Below, piece by piece: positions 29,041 to 39,237 of a DNA stretch of 64,000 nucleotides. The stretch is from Spirulina sp. (GTDB lineage Bacteria; Cyanobacteriota; Cyanobacteriia; Phormidesmidales; Phormidesmidaceae). The notes beneath the pieces were generated by a model. That model was given only the letters and a program-made list of their open reading frames with translations. It ran no database searches and was not told the DNA's origin. Numbering within the stretch: position 1 is the stretch's first letter; each line of letters opens with the position of its first letter. The translations under genes and the position numbers were made by a program. The stretch is taken from contig JBIPSI010000005.1 of NCBI GenBank assembly GCA_044070495.1, forward strand, positions 96,001 through 160,000. The letters are read 5' to 3'.

Positions 29041-31067
29041 AGGAGTTCCTGATATTCGGCACGAATTTGATACACCGATGGCCGTTGACCATCTGCCCCC
29101 TTCTCAATCAATCCCTGATCAAGCATCGACTTTAGGGCATTGACAACCTGAAAGCGGGTTAGACCCAGGTCGGTTTCAATGCGCGAAAAGGAGGCTGATC
29201 CTACGGTATCTAAAAAGTCGAAAATGCGAGACTCGATTACGTTTTCCGTCTGAGCGGATGGGCTGCTACTGGCCACGGGTAGGGTGTCTACGGCGGCTAT
29301 CACCGTAGTGGCTGGTACCGCTTGATCTAGGGCAGAGTCAGTGATTAAAGACTCCACCGCCATGCTTTCCGCCGCTGCCGCTGCAAAACCTGGGGCTTCT
29401 GCCGCCTGCTCTGAGGGTGCAGGTTGTTCTACAACATATTGATCTAGCACGGGTGTGGCCTCACCGAGACCAGACTCCTCCAAAACCGCTGAGTCTTCTG
29501 GACTCGGCTCGTCTAGACCAGGCTCCTCGAAGACTGCTGATTCATACACCGAAATATCTCGGCTAGGCTCTTCCCAAAAGGGTTCTGCGTCGAGGGCTTG
29601 GGCTTCGTCGGCCACCTCGTCTAGGAACGGTTCTTCCTCAAAGGCAGGAAGTTCCTGGGTCGCCTCTTCCAAAAATGGTTCCTCTTCGAGGATGACGTCC
29701 TCTGGCATAGGCTCCTCGAAGTGAGCTTCTACAGGGAAAGGATCGGCCTCCGCAACAGGTTCCTCTAGGACAGGCTCCTCGGCAACGGGTTCCTCCGCAA
29801 CGAGTTCCTCCGCAACGGATTCCTCGATAACGGATTCTTCCGCAACGGGTTCTTCTACAAGAAGTTCTTCTGCGACGGGTTCCTCGGCGACAGGTTCCTC
29901 TAGGGCGGGTTCCTCCTCGATAACGAGTTCTTCTGCGACGGGTTCCTCTAGAGCAGATTCCTCAAGGACAGGTTCTTCTGCAATGGGTTCTTCAATCGCA
30001 GGTTCTTCCGCAACGGCTTCTTCCGCAACGGGCTGTTCCATCACGGGTTCTTCTGCAACAGGAGCGGGATCAGGAATTGGGGGCATCTCTGGGGCTGCCC
30101 CACTCTCATCATCATCTCCATGCAGGCGGGCGGTGCGTTGGCCGTCACGGGTACCTTTGAGCTGTTCTGCAATGTCCACCTGGGATGCCACGAACTGGTT
30201 GAACAGATCCCACAGGTGGCGAGTGGCTTCGGGCAGGGGGTGTTTCGACCGATCTAGCAGCACGTCGCTACAGACATCCCGAAAATCCGCATTTTCGGCC
30301 AGGGGAGTAATGCCGTGGTCGTTGCAGATGGTGGCAATCATCAGGCTGGGCCGCAGGCTGGAGATCATATCCGGGGCCGCATCGGTCTGGTATGCCTTCA
30401 CGATGCGCACAATTTGCAGGGCGGCGGCGGCGTCAATGCCGACCTTTTGGGTCAAAATTTGCTGTTGGGCCAGTTCGTCCGGCTCTGGCATATTGATGGT
30501 AATCAGGCGATCCTGGAGGGCGTCCTGGGTGCCGTGGACGCCGCAGTATTCCTCTGGGTTGGAGGTAAAAATGGCCCGAAAATGGGGGCTAACCCGGATA
30601 TATTCTGAGCGATTTTGGTTCGGCGGCAGCACCAGCAGCTTTTCTTCCAGGGCCGACAGCAGCACGTTGTTCACCTCTGGGCGCGAGCGGTTGAACTCGT
30701 CGTAGACCAGGGTGAAGCCCTCCCGGCAGGCTAGGGTGAGGCGGGAGTCAATCCAGTTGTGGCGCAGTTCGTCCTCCACCTTCATGACGCTGTGGATGTA
30801 GTTATCCACCACCTTTTTGCGGGTATAGCCGGTTTGGTTGCCGATCAGGTCAGAGGTTTTGAATTCATCATCGCCAAACAGCAGCATGATGGGCCGACCC
30901 AGGAGATCGGCCAAGTGCAGGGCCAGGGTGGTTTTACCCGTTCCGGCTGGCCCTTTAAGGTGGACAGAATACCCCGATTTTAGGTAGCGCAGGGCGCGAA
31001 AGGCGGTTCGTTCTAGGGTGGGGGTCGAAACAAAATTCCGGGGGCGGGCTTGTAGGACGGTGTTCAC
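29037..31067 (-). CDS. gvpN: Gas vesicle AAA+ ATPase GvpN with long acidic repeat extension
   Basis: [36 protein letters not shown]; then ~300 aa of E/P/A-rich sequence and a C-terminal HTH-like domain. Confidence 0.93.
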   Translation of the reverse strand: MNTVLQARPRNFVSTPTLERTAFRALRYLKSGYSVHLKGPAGTGKTTLALHLADLLGRPIMLLFGDDEFKTSDLIGNQTGYTRKKVVDNYIHSVMKVEDELRHNWIDSRLTLACREGFTLVYDEFNRSRPEVNNVLLSALEEKLLVLPPNQNRSEYIRVSPHFRAIFTSNPEEYCGVHGTQDALQDRLITINMPEPDELAQQQILTQKVGIDAAAALQIVRIVKAYQTDAAPDMISSLRPSLMIATICNDHGITPLAENADFRDVCSDVLLDRSKHPLPEATRHLWDLFNQFVASQVDIAEQLKGTRDGQRTARLHGDDDESGAAPEMPPIPDPAPVAEEPVMEQPVAEEAVAEEPAIEEPIAEEPVLEESALEEPVAEELVIEEEPALEEPVAEEPVAEELLVEEPVAEESVIEESVAEELVAEEPVAEEPVLEEPVAEADPFPVEAHFEEPMPEDVILEEEPFLEEATQELPAFEEEPFLDEVADEAQALDAEPFWEEPSRDISVYESAVFEEPGLDEPSPEDSAVLEESGLGEATPVLDQYVVEQPAPSEQAAEAPGFAAAAAESMAVESLITDSALDQAVPATTVIAAVDTLPVASSSPSAQTENVIESRIFDFLDTVGSASFSRIETDLGLTRFQVVNALKSMLDQGLIEKGADGQRPSVYQIRAEYQELL

Positions 31068-32341
31068 AGAAGCGCTTCCTCTTTCGCGAGATAGGTGCGG
31101 TCTTGTTTAACGATCAAGCCTTTTTGAATTAAGGCATGGAGGGCATCGACGGCCTGGAATCGGGTAATGCCAAGCTCGGTTTCAATTTCGCTAATGCGGG
31201 CACCGTTGGCTAGGTGCAGGTAGTTGTAAACCACCTCTTCTAGGGGGGGCGAATCGGGCGTGACGACGGGCGGCTCGGCTACGGCCACAGCGGCCTTAAC
31301 GGGGGGCATCACCGTGGCGACGGGTTCTGCCTGGGAAACGGGCTGGGGAGCCGTGACGACAGCAACAGGGGCCGGACTCACCACTGGGCTAGGGGCTGGA
31401 CTAGGCGCAGCCACTTTAGCCATGGCTGGCTGTGTTGCCTTGGGGGTTGCCGCTGGACGGGTTTGGGCCACCGGACGGGCAGGACGGGTTACGGCAGCGG
31501 GTCGAGCGACTCCGGCGGGGGCCGGTTTGGGTGCGGCTTTGGGCGCAGGCTTGGGCGTTACCCTAGGGGCACTTTGCTGCACCTTGGGGGGAGAGTAGCG
31601 CCCGGTTCCGGTGCCCCACACTTGCTCGGTTACGGCGGCATGCTGTTCCGCTAGGTGCTGGCGAAACCCGGCCAGTTCATCAAACATAGCCTCCACTTGT
31701 TCGGTGAGGGCTTGGCGATCCTGCTGGCGCTTTTCCTGCTGCTGGACTTCCAAAATTTGACGGTCGGCGTTGAGGTCATCTAGGGTTTGGCTCACGTCGG
31801 CCTTGAGGTTGGTAACGTAATCGGCCAGTTCCGGCAGCAATTCCGCCCGCAGCATGGCCTGATCTTGGCGATAGCCCGCCAGATCCACCGCCGTTTGCGT
31901 TTGAATCGCGTCCACCTGCTGCTGAATGTGGCGCAAATCCTGGGCAATATCTAGGCGTAGCTCGTCCACGGTGTCGCTTAGATCTTGGCGATCCTGGGCC
32001 AATTGTTGCCGAGTTAGGGCCGCACTCAGTTCGCGATCTGATTGATAGTCGGTCAGTAGGGCTTGGGTTTCGGCCTGAAGCTCTTCGGTGTAGCGCTGAA
32101 GGGCTTGACGGAGCGGTGGAATTTGGGCCAGTCGGTCTTCGGTGGTTTGGCCTAGCCATTCAGCGGTCTCGATCCGCAGGGCTTCCGCCATGTCAGAGAG
32201 GTTCTGGTGCAGTTGGCTAGCCTGGGTCAGACGGTCATTTTGCCAAGTCTCCAACTCGACCTGCACCTGCTCCCGTCGCTCGGCTACCTCCTGCTGACGG
32301 AGGGCACGAGCGTTTTGCCATTGTTCATAAAGTGCTGCCAC
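31064..32341 (-). CDS. gvpC: Gas vesicle protein GvpC (long type)
   Basis: Degenerate ~33-aa helical repeats, Pro/Ala linker, C-terminal HTH-like domain; lies between gvpA and gvpN; probable GTG start at 32341. Confidence 0.8.
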   Translation of the reverse strand: MAALYEQWQNARALRQQEVAERREQVQVELETWQNDRLTQASQLHQNLSDMAEALRIETAEWLGQTTEDRLAQIPPLRQALQRYTEELQAETQALLTDYQSDRELSAALTRQQLAQDRQDLSDTVDELRLDIAQDLRHIQQQVDAIQTQTAVDLAGYRQDQAMLRAELLPELADYVTNLKADVSQTLDDLNADRQILEVQQQEKRQQDRQALTEQVEAMFDELAGFRQHLAEQHAAVTEQVWGTGTGRYSPPKVQQSAPRVTPKPAPKAAPKPAPAGVARPAAVTRPARPVAQTRPAATPKATQPAMAKVAAPSPAPSPVVSPAPVAVVTAPQPVSQAEPVATVMPPVKAAVAVAEPPVVTPDSPPLEEVVYNYLHLANGARISEIETELGITRFQAVDALHALIQKGLIVKQDRTYLAKEEALL

Positions 32342-32458
32342 AGGACTGCTCTCCCTTAGATAACGATTCAAAAACAGACCTCGGCAACCCCGGTGGGGTT
32401 GAGGGAGCCGACGCCTGAGAAGACATCCATTTCTGTCCCCTCACGGCAGAAATCAGCA

Positions 32459-32640
32459 AACAGGGATACTTAAGCTGCCCTCACCCCCAGCCCCTCTCCC
32501 ACGGGGAGAGGAAGGCCGGAACGTTTTTCAAAGTCCCTCTCCTCTACCCATGGGAGATGGATTTAGGGTGTAGCTTGCTTCCCGAAGGGTGGGCTAGATC
32601 GGCGAAAGCGGTCGTTTTTGATCTACCGAGTATCCCTGTT
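32459..32640. mobile_element. MITE-like element between gvpA and gvpC
   Basis: Perfect 12-bp IR AACAGGGATACT / AGTATCCCTGTT around a CCCTCACCCCCAGCCCCTCTCCC...GGATTTAGGGTG core. Confidence 0.65.
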
Positions 32641-32675
32641 GCCTGATGGGACGGTTAGGTCGCAGAACGACTAAC

Positions 32676-32894
32676 CTATGCGGCGGGAACGGCAGCCTGG
32701 GCGGTGAGGCCAACGGCTTCAGCGTACTTGAGGTAGGTATCAACGGAGGCGATCACGACACGGGCTTCGATGGCCAGCAGTTCAATGCCCACCAGAGAAA
32801 CGCGAACCCAAGCATCAATCACGATCCCTTTGTCCAGGATGCGGTCAACAACTTCGGCCAAGCTAGAGGAAGAGTTTACTTTTTCAACAGCCAT
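32676..32894 (-). CDS. gvpA: Major gas vesicle protein GvpA
   Basis: [40 protein letters not shown]. Confidence 0.99.
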   Translation of the reverse strand: MAVEKVNSSSSLAEVVDRILDKGIVIDAWVRVSLVGIELLAIEARVVIASVDTYLKYAEAVGLTAQAAVPAA

Positions 32895-33186
32895 GGTTTG
32901 AACCCTTAAACAATGAAGTGTGTTTAGTGAAATCGATACGGACGGAATGCGCCCATGGGTACGCCCGTTGGCTTAGGACGAGGCCAAGTCATCGGGCCAC
33001 TTGTGAGGTCTATTGACCTGCACATTTGTAGTCTGCCCACTTCAGAATCTAGACTCACACTCTGGGCACAAGGCTTTATTTATTGTTACGTAAATACTTA
33101 AGTCAGCCTTAAGTCGTTGAAACCTGGCGTGTTGGCCGCGCTCCTGGGTACGATAAGGGCTTTAGTGATGTGAGATACGCTGCGCC

Positions 33187-33657
33187 ATGGATTCCCCCAT
33201 CGTTGACCGCTTGCTGGATGCGCTGAAGGCTCCTGACCCCCAACACCGGGAAGCCGCCACCGAGCAACTTTGGCAACTGTGGTTTAGCCAAAAGGGTGCC
33301 CAGGGCTTTCGCAATCTCCAGCAAAGCCAAGCGCTGATGGATAAGGGCTATTTCACTGATGCCGAGGCGCTGTTGTCCCAGGTGATCGCCGACCTGCCTG
33401 ACTTTGCCGAAGCCTGGAACCGGCGAGCCGTCCTCTACTATTTGCAAGACCGCTACCTAGAAGCCATGGCCGACTGTCGGCGGGTGATTGAACTGATTCC
33501 CTACCACTTTGGGGCGCTGCACGGGTTGGGCCTTTGCCATGCCGCCCTGGGGCAATATCCCGAAGCGATTCAGGCCTTTCAAAAGGCCCTTTCCGTACAA
33601 CCCTACGCCATCACCAACCAGCGCCTCTTGCTGGAATGCACCGCCCGCCTCAGCTAA
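33187..33657 (+). CDS. TPR protein
   Basis: PDFAEAWNRRA, PYHFGALHGLGLC TPR motifs. Confidence 0.88.
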   Translation: MDSPIVDRLLDALKAPDPQHREAATEQLWQLWFSQKGAQGFRNLQQSQALMDKGYFTDAEALLSQVIADLPDFAEAWNRRAVLYYLQDRYLEAMADCRRVIELIPYHFGALHGLGLCHAALGQYPEAIQAFQKALSVQPYAITNQRLLLECTARLS

Positions 33658-33671
33658 GCCCATTGCCTAGG

Positions 33672-35636
33672 CTACTCCGCTGGGGGCAGCACAAAGGTGG
33701 GGAATAGCTCGGCGGTGCAGCTTGTATCGGGGGTGCGGTCGGGATCGTTCACAAAGGCGACCCCGATATCCTTGGCGCACTGGGAGGCCACGATGGCCCC
33801 GTGTCCGGTGCTGGAAAACTCCACAAAGGTACCGTTGCGTAGCCCCTCCATCACCCCGATGCCCATTTCGGTGTTGGTTTGCACATCGTAGCGGCCTTGC
33901 AGCACCAGGGTGGGGATGGTGCTGTTGACCGGGGCGTGTTCGCGGGTGGGGGCGGGTTCAACGGGCCAGAAGGAGCAGAGGTCGTAGGCTTGCTGGGCGG
34001 CCACTATCCGCCCCAGGCCGAGCTGGGGCATCAGCATGGTCTCGTAGTTGATTTGGGTTTGGTCTGGATCACTAAAGGGCACCAGTTCGCGGCAGTCTAA
34101 ACTACGAAACATGCCTGTGGTGATGTCATCAATGGGGGCAATGGAGTCGGTCAGGGCCGAGACCACGTCGTAGACATGGCGCACCTCGATATCGGACATG
34201 GCGTTGACGGCCTCGGTCAGGGTGGCGGCGGTGTCGCCCTCAAATTCTTCCGCTACAAAGGCGATCAGGGTCTCCCGGTTGCGAGGACTCTCGGTATAGC
34301 CCACCCCCAAGAGGTTGACCAACAGCAGCACCCCCTCCGATTCAGGCAGGGTGTCGGCAATGGCTTGGATCTGCTGTACCCAGCGGCTGGCAGGGCGGCT
34401 GGTTTCGGCGGCGGTGGCCCTAGCCCGTAGAATATCCTCCGCCTTGGCCTCAAAATCTCGCGCTTGCAGACGGTAGACCTCGGGCGAAGATTCAAAGGTC
34501 GGTGGGTTGGCTGCGGTGCTGAATAGTGACCCGCTGATCACCCCGGCAAAGGTGGTGGTGATGCCCTGCTCTAGCTCGTGGACAATCAGCGGCAGGTAGG
34601 GGGCAATCTGGCCGGGTTTGTGGTTCATCAGCTCGATCAGGGTGGCAAACTCGGCGGCGGTGATGCGCTCCAGGGGGGTAGTCCGCTCTAGGGGGGTGAC
34701 GGGTGCCGCTAGGGGAATGGGGGCTTCATCGAGCCGGTTGAGCAGGGCTTGGGTGCGCTCCACCAAGTTGGGATAGGCGGCACCGCAGGCGGTATCGGCT
34801 TCGCAATCTGCCACCAGGTTGAGGAAGCTGATCTCCAGGTCGCGGACGATGGCTTCATACTTGCTGGCCTGCATGGGCACAGTGGAGTCGAGCACTGCGC
34901 TGCGCACCCGGTCGGGGTGGTTGGCCATAATCCGCTGGGCCAGGTAGGTGCCGTAGGAAATGCCGTAGAGGTTGATCGGGCCGTAGCCCAGGGCGGCGGT
35001 CAGATTTACCACGTCCTGGGCACTGTTGGGGGTGTTGTAGTTGCTGAGGTCGTTGCCGTGGTTTTCTAGCACCCGCGCACAGAGGTCGAAGAAGGCATAG
35101 TTTTGCAGCGTGTCGTCATCGGTGTTGGGCAAGCGTGCGCGCAACCGATTGACGAGCGGATCCAGGGTGCCTGCGTAGGGGCTGCTGGGATCGAGCAACA
35201 CACCCAAGGTCAGCAGCGCCACCGGGGCACAGCCCAGCCGATTAGAGAAGAGCGTTCCCCGCTGATCCAACACAATAATGTCGCGGGTTTGGCGCAGGGG
35301 TTCGTAGATGTTCACCCGCGTTTCTAAGGCCCCTGATTCCAGGGTGCTGCCCCCTGGCCCGCCGCGCAAATCCATCACCGGATCTGGGGCGGGGGAAAGG
35401 CTGCGGCTGTGCAGCACGGCGTAGGTGAGTTCAATCTGGCGACCGTTGGGTTCAGCGTAGTTTTCCGGCACGGTGAACATGCCGCAGGTGATGGTTTCGC
35501 CTTCAATTTCGTTGGGCGGCAACACCGTGGGGCAGGGGATGACGGTAATCGAATGGCGGGGAGCCTGGGCCAGGGCGGGGATTTGGGCTGCGAGGGTAGC
35601 GGCGAAGGCGAGGAGGGGTAGGGGTAGGAGTTTCAT
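33672..35636 (-). CDS. Secreted alpha/beta hydrolase (TAP-like peptidase family)
   Basis: Signal peptide, GGPGGS, DQRGT, GISYG nucleophile elbow, GRYDVQT, GHG. Confidence 0.88.
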   Translation of the reverse strand: MKLLPLPLLAFAATLAAQIPALAQAPRHSITVIPCPTVLPPNEIEGETITCGMFTVPENYAEPNGRQIELTYAVLHSRSLSPAPDPVMDLRGGPGGSTLESGALETRVNIYEPLRQTRDIIVLDQRGTLFSNRLGCAPVALLTLGVLLDPSSPYAGTLDPLVNRLRARLPNTDDDTLQNYAFFDLCARVLENHGNDLSNYNTPNSAQDVVNLTAALGYGPINLYGISYGTYLAQRIMANHPDRVRSAVLDSTVPMQASKYEAIVRDLEISFLNLVADCEADTACGAAYPNLVERTQALLNRLDEAPIPLAAPVTPLERTTPLERITAAEFATLIELMNHKPGQIAPYLPLIVHELEQGITTTFAGVISGSLFSTAANPPTFESSPEVYRLQARDFEAKAEDILRARATAAETSRPASRWVQQIQAIADTLPESEGVLLLVNLLGVGYTESPRNRETLIAFVAEEFEGDTAATLTEAVNAMSDIEVRHVYDVVSALTDSIAPIDDITTGMFRSLDCRELVPFSDPDQTQINYETMLMPQLGLGRIVAAQQAYDLCSFWPVEPAPTREHAPVNSTIPTLVLQGRYDVQTNTEMGIGVMEGLRNGTFVEFSSTGHGAIVASQCAKDIGVAFVNDPDRTPDTSCTAELFPTFVLPPAE

Positions 35637-35640
35637 GGTG

Positions 35641-35696
35641 GGTTGGAAGGTGGGAATGTTGGAAGGTGGGAACGTTGGAACGCTGGAAAGTGGGGA
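35641..35696 (+). repeat. Seven degenerate 8-bp tandem repeats (NGTKGGAA-like)
   Basis: GGTTGGAA GGTGGGAA TGTTGGAA GGTGGGAA CGTTGGAA CGCTGGAA AGTGGGGA. Confidence 0.8.
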
Positions 35697-35724
35697 GCTT
35701 TGAATTTTTGGAATTGGGGGAGGG

Positions 35725-37500
35725 TTATTGGGGGCTGGGTATGGCGTGGTGGAGGTTGGTGAAGGTGGCTAGGGTCTTGTCTAGATCGGGGGGCTGGCGG
35801 GCTTGGGTGGCTTGCTCGATGGCATAGCCCACCGCCAGCAGATCGGGTTCGCTGAGGGCTTTGCCGATCAGAAAAACGCCGAGGGGTTCGCCCGTCTCAG
35901 CAAAATCGATGGGCACGGTGAGGGCGGGGTATCCGGCGGCGGCGTAGGCTTGGGTACTGGCGATCAGCACATCAATGTCCGCTTCAGCAAAGAGCTGGTC
36001 GAGGGCGGCGCGGGCGGTGGTTTGGTGGGTGTCGCGCAGGGTGGTGTAGGCGGAGGAGGGGCTGTCGCTGCGCTGGGCGGTGCTGAGGTGGTCTTGCCCG
36101 TAGGGAATACGGTTGGCGGGGTCGGCGTTGTTGAAGGAAATGACATCGATCAGGGCGGCGACGGGCGGGTTGGGTAGGGTGGGCAAAAAGGCGTTGAGGG
36201 AGGCTTTGAAGCCGGGGGGCAATGCGGCGTTGGCATCCGGGGCTGGGGGCACGGTGTTGCTATCCACCTCAACAACGGGGATGCCCTGCTGGGTGAGGGC
36301 TGAGATCGCCTTGTTGGCGATTTGATTGGCCCGTTGGTACCGGCTTACGAGGCTGGGTAAGAGCGCCACAATGTCCGCTGTCATCTCGGCGGGCGGATTG
36401 GCGATCGCCGCTTCTAACTGGTCGATGACGGCCTCTGAGGTCACGGCCACGCCGACCCGCTGCTGCCTGGCCCGATCCAGATCCAAAAACCGGGTAAAGT
36501 CGGCGCTTTGCAGCTCCGCCACGGCGGGGTCAGGGCTTTCCTCCGAGCCTTCATCGGTGTGGGTGAGGGCGCTGAGCAGGGTGGCCACATCGGTCACGGT
36601 GCGGCCCATTGGCCCCGGCACATCCATCCAGTCCACCAGGGGAATAACGTAGTCGCCGTTGACCAGGCCGTGGGTGGGTTTCAGCCCTACAATGCCGTTG
36701 GTGGCCGCTGGTTTGACGATGGAACCCTCGGTTTCGCTGCCCACGCTGACGGCGGTGAGGCTGACCGCCACAGACACCGCTGAGCCAGAGCTAGAGCCGA
36801 GCGGGTCAAAGGGGCCGTAGGGATGGCGGGTTTGCCCGCCCAGGGCGCTAAAGCCGCTGGGCATGGCAGGATCCACATAGTTCGCCCATTCCGATAGGTT
36901 GGCCTTGCCGAGAATCACGGCCCCTGAGTTCCGCAGGTTTTTGACCAGTTGGGCATCGCGATCACCCCGCCAATCCTTCAGTGCTACAGCCCCGGCGGCG
37001 CTGTGCATTTGGTCGCCCGTGATGATGTTGTCTTTAATGAGTACCGGGATGCCGTGCATCGGCCCCCACAGGTTGCCCTCGGCCCGTTCGGCATCCAGGT
37101 TGCGGGCGATCTCCAGAGCATCGGGGTTTAGCTCCATCACCGAGTTGAGCTGGTTGACGTCGTAGCGCTGAATCCGATCCAGGTAGTAGATCACCAGTTC
37201 CTCGGCGGTGATCACCCCCCGCGCCATGTATTGCTGGAGTTCAGGCACCGTAGCCTCTGGCAACCGCAGCCGATCATTCAGGTAGCGCCGCCGCCCTGAG
37301 GGCCATGCCGCTAGCGCCTCGGCAAAGGGGCCGAAGTCGCGCAGGCGCTTGCTGGTGTAGTCGGGTTCTGACACCGGGAACTCCGTCGGGTAGGCGCGAG
37401 GGGGGCCTTCGGGAGGTGGGGGAACGGCAGCGACGTGGGTAGCCAGGGTGAGGGCAATCGCGGCCAGGGCCAGCGGTAAAATGCGACGCAGGAGTTTCAT
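35725..37500 (-). CDS. Secreted amidase-signature family protein
   Basis: Signal peptide from ATG 37500; HGIPVLIKDN, GKANLSEW, GSSSGSA, GSETEGSI, VGLKPT. Confidence 0.9.
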   Translation of the reverse strand: MKLLRRILPLALAAIALTLATHVAAVPPPPEGPPRAYPTEFPVSEPDYTSKRLRDFGPFAEALAAWPSGRRRYLNDRLRLPEATVPELQQYMARGVITAEELVIYYLDRIQRYDVNQLNSVMELNPDALEIARNLDAERAEGNLWGPMHGIPVLIKDNIITGDQMHSAAGAVALKDWRGDRDAQLVKNLRNSGAVILGKANLSEWANYVDPAMPSGFSALGGQTRHPYGPFDPLGSSSGSAVSVAVSLTAVSVGSETEGSIVKPAATNGIVGLKPTHGLVNGDYVIPLVDWMDVPGPMGRTVTDVATLLSALTHTDEGSEESPDPAVAELQSADFTRFLDLDRARQQRVGVAVTSEAVIDQLEAAIANPPAEMTADIVALLPSLVSRYQRANQIANKAISALTQQGIPVVEVDSNTVPPAPDANAALPPGFKASLNAFLPTLPNPPVAALIDVISFNNADPANRIPYGQDHLSTAQRSDSPSSAYTTLRDTHQTTARAALDQLFAEADIDVLIASTQAYAAAGYPALTVPIDFAETGEPLGVFLIGKALSEPDLLAVGYAIEQATQARQPPDLDKTLATFTNLHHAIPSPQ

Positions 37501-37537
37501 GGGGGCTGGATGAACGTAAAGGGGAAAGATGACTGGC

Positions 37538-39055
37538 CTACTCGTACTCAAACCTGGGTGTGACTTCAGCCAGGCAGCTACTCTCCGGCGTTTGGGTGGG
37601 GTCGGCCAGGAAATCGAGGGCAATCGCCTCTACACAGGTCGCGGCTGGGGTGCCCGGTGGTGCCACCATCGAGCCGTGACCCACACCGGGGAAGGTGTAG
37701 ACATAGGCATTCTGAAAATTGCGGGCAACGGTCTCGCCGTAGAGTTGGGGCGTGACCGGGTCGTAGCCGCCATTGAGCACTAGGACGGGAATCTCGGTGT
37801 TGTCGTAGGCGAAGATTGGCTCTCGCTCAACCTGAAGCAGTTCGCAGAAGCTCTGATAGGAAGCACTCTCACTCTCCCCGATCGCGATCAGCTGCTCGTA
37901 GGGGGCAGGAAACACGGTAGACGGATCTACTGCCACGGAATCGACCCGCGAACAGAGCACCGCGTGATACATGCCTGTGGCCTCAGTATCCTGGAGCTTC
38001 TCCGAGAGTGCGGTTACGGCCCAGCTAAAATCTCCCTCAGCCGCCTGGTAAATGTTCTGGGGCAGGGCTGAGGCATTCAGACTGCTGGCCATATGGGCTT
38101 CAAAAAACAGCAGAAATTCGTTTCGATCTAGCGTGGTTTCCAGGGGTTCCTTGGTGTCGGGGATCGAGAGCGTCAGCGGAGCAGGGGTTTGCTCTAGACG
38201 ATCCAGCACGCTCAGAAAGACGGTTTCCAGGTTGGGGTAGGTCTGATTACACTGGGCATCGGCGGCGCAGGCGGCAAACAGGTTGCGCAGCGCCCCGCTA
38301 AAGGTGTAGGTAGCGGCCAGGTTAAAGTCGATATTCGTCGTCACCACCCCGTCGAGGATCGCACTGCGGAGCTGGGCGGTGTGTTCCTCCGCCTGCTCTA
38401 GCACGTATTGCCCCAGCAGCGTGCCGTAGGACACCCCGTAGTAATTAAACTCGTCGTAGCCCAGGGCTTCGGCCACCGCATAGATATCGGCGGCATTTTC
38501 GATGGTGTTGAAGGCGTTGGGGTTAATGCCTGCGGCAAGACTGCGATCGAGGCAGGCCTCCATCCACTGGGTATCGGTGGGGGCGATCTCGTCGCGAGCC
38601 ACCGATATATTGTGATCGGTTCTCTCGGGGCAGTTAAAGAAGGGGCGTGAATGCCCAGTGCCCCGCTGATCGACAAACACGAGATCGCGCTCTTGCAGCA
38701 AGGCGGGTAACACCGGCCAGATGGTTAACACATCGACCGCAAAGGTTTTAATGGTCGTGCTGCCGGGGCCACCATTTTCCACAAACAAGGGGGATGGGGC
38801 AGGGTTCTCGCCAATGCTGCGGGTTCTGACTACTGCCACCTGAATGGTCGGCCCATCGGGTTGGCTGTGGCGCTCTGGCACGGTGACATAGCCGCAGTCA
38901 GACATGGCGCTTTGCAGCACGTTCAGACCAAAGGTGGAGCAGTCGGTGGATTCCCAAGCGGGGCTGGTAGGGGCACTGCCCATCGCTGGCGTGGCCGTGA
39001 CGATGGTAATGCCCAGGGCAGCGAGTCCGATCAAGCGATTGAATGAGTGAGTCAT
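37538..39055 (-). CDS. Secreted alpha/beta hydrolase (TAP-like peptidase family)
   Basis: Signal peptide from ATG 39055; GGPGS, DQRGTG, GVSYG, GGYDPVTP, GVGHG. Confidence 0.88.
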   Translation of the reverse strand: MTHSFNRLIGLAALGITIVTATPAMGSAPTSPAWESTDCSTFGLNVLQSAMSDCGYVTVPERHSQPDGPTIQVAVVRTRSIGENPAPSPLFVENGGPGSTTIKTFAVDVLTIWPVLPALLQERDLVFVDQRGTGHSRPFFNCPERTDHNISVARDEIAPTDTQWMEACLDRSLAAGINPNAFNTIENAADIYAVAEALGYDEFNYYGVSYGTLLGQYVLEQAEEHTAQLRSAILDGVVTTNIDFNLAATYTFSGALRNLFAACAADAQCNQTYPNLETVFLSVLDRLEQTPAPLTLSIPDTKEPLETTLDRNEFLLFFEAHMASSLNASALPQNIYQAAEGDFSWAVTALSEKLQDTEATGMYHAVLCSRVDSVAVDPSTVFPAPYEQLIAIGESESASYQSFCELLQVEREPIFAYDNTEIPVLVLNGGYDPVTPQLYGETVARNFQNAYVYTFPGVGHGSMVAPPGTPAATCVEAIALDFLADPTQTPESSCLAEVTPRFEYE

Positions 39056-39237
39056 GGTGGGGTTTCCTGGATGGCTAGAAAAAAACGAGTCAGACGAGCA
39101 TTGGGAACATTTGGTCGAGATCCCAGGGTTCTTTAGCCTGTTAACCACGAGTGTTGGCTTACCCACCAACAGAACTCTGGGATCTGGTCTTCGATAGAAT
39201 AGGATCTACGGCCTTGCGTGAGCGGAGCACGGTACCC

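Noticed and set aside
29983..30705. 240-aa + strand ORF
   Set aside because: Antisense shadow of gvpN and its repeats.
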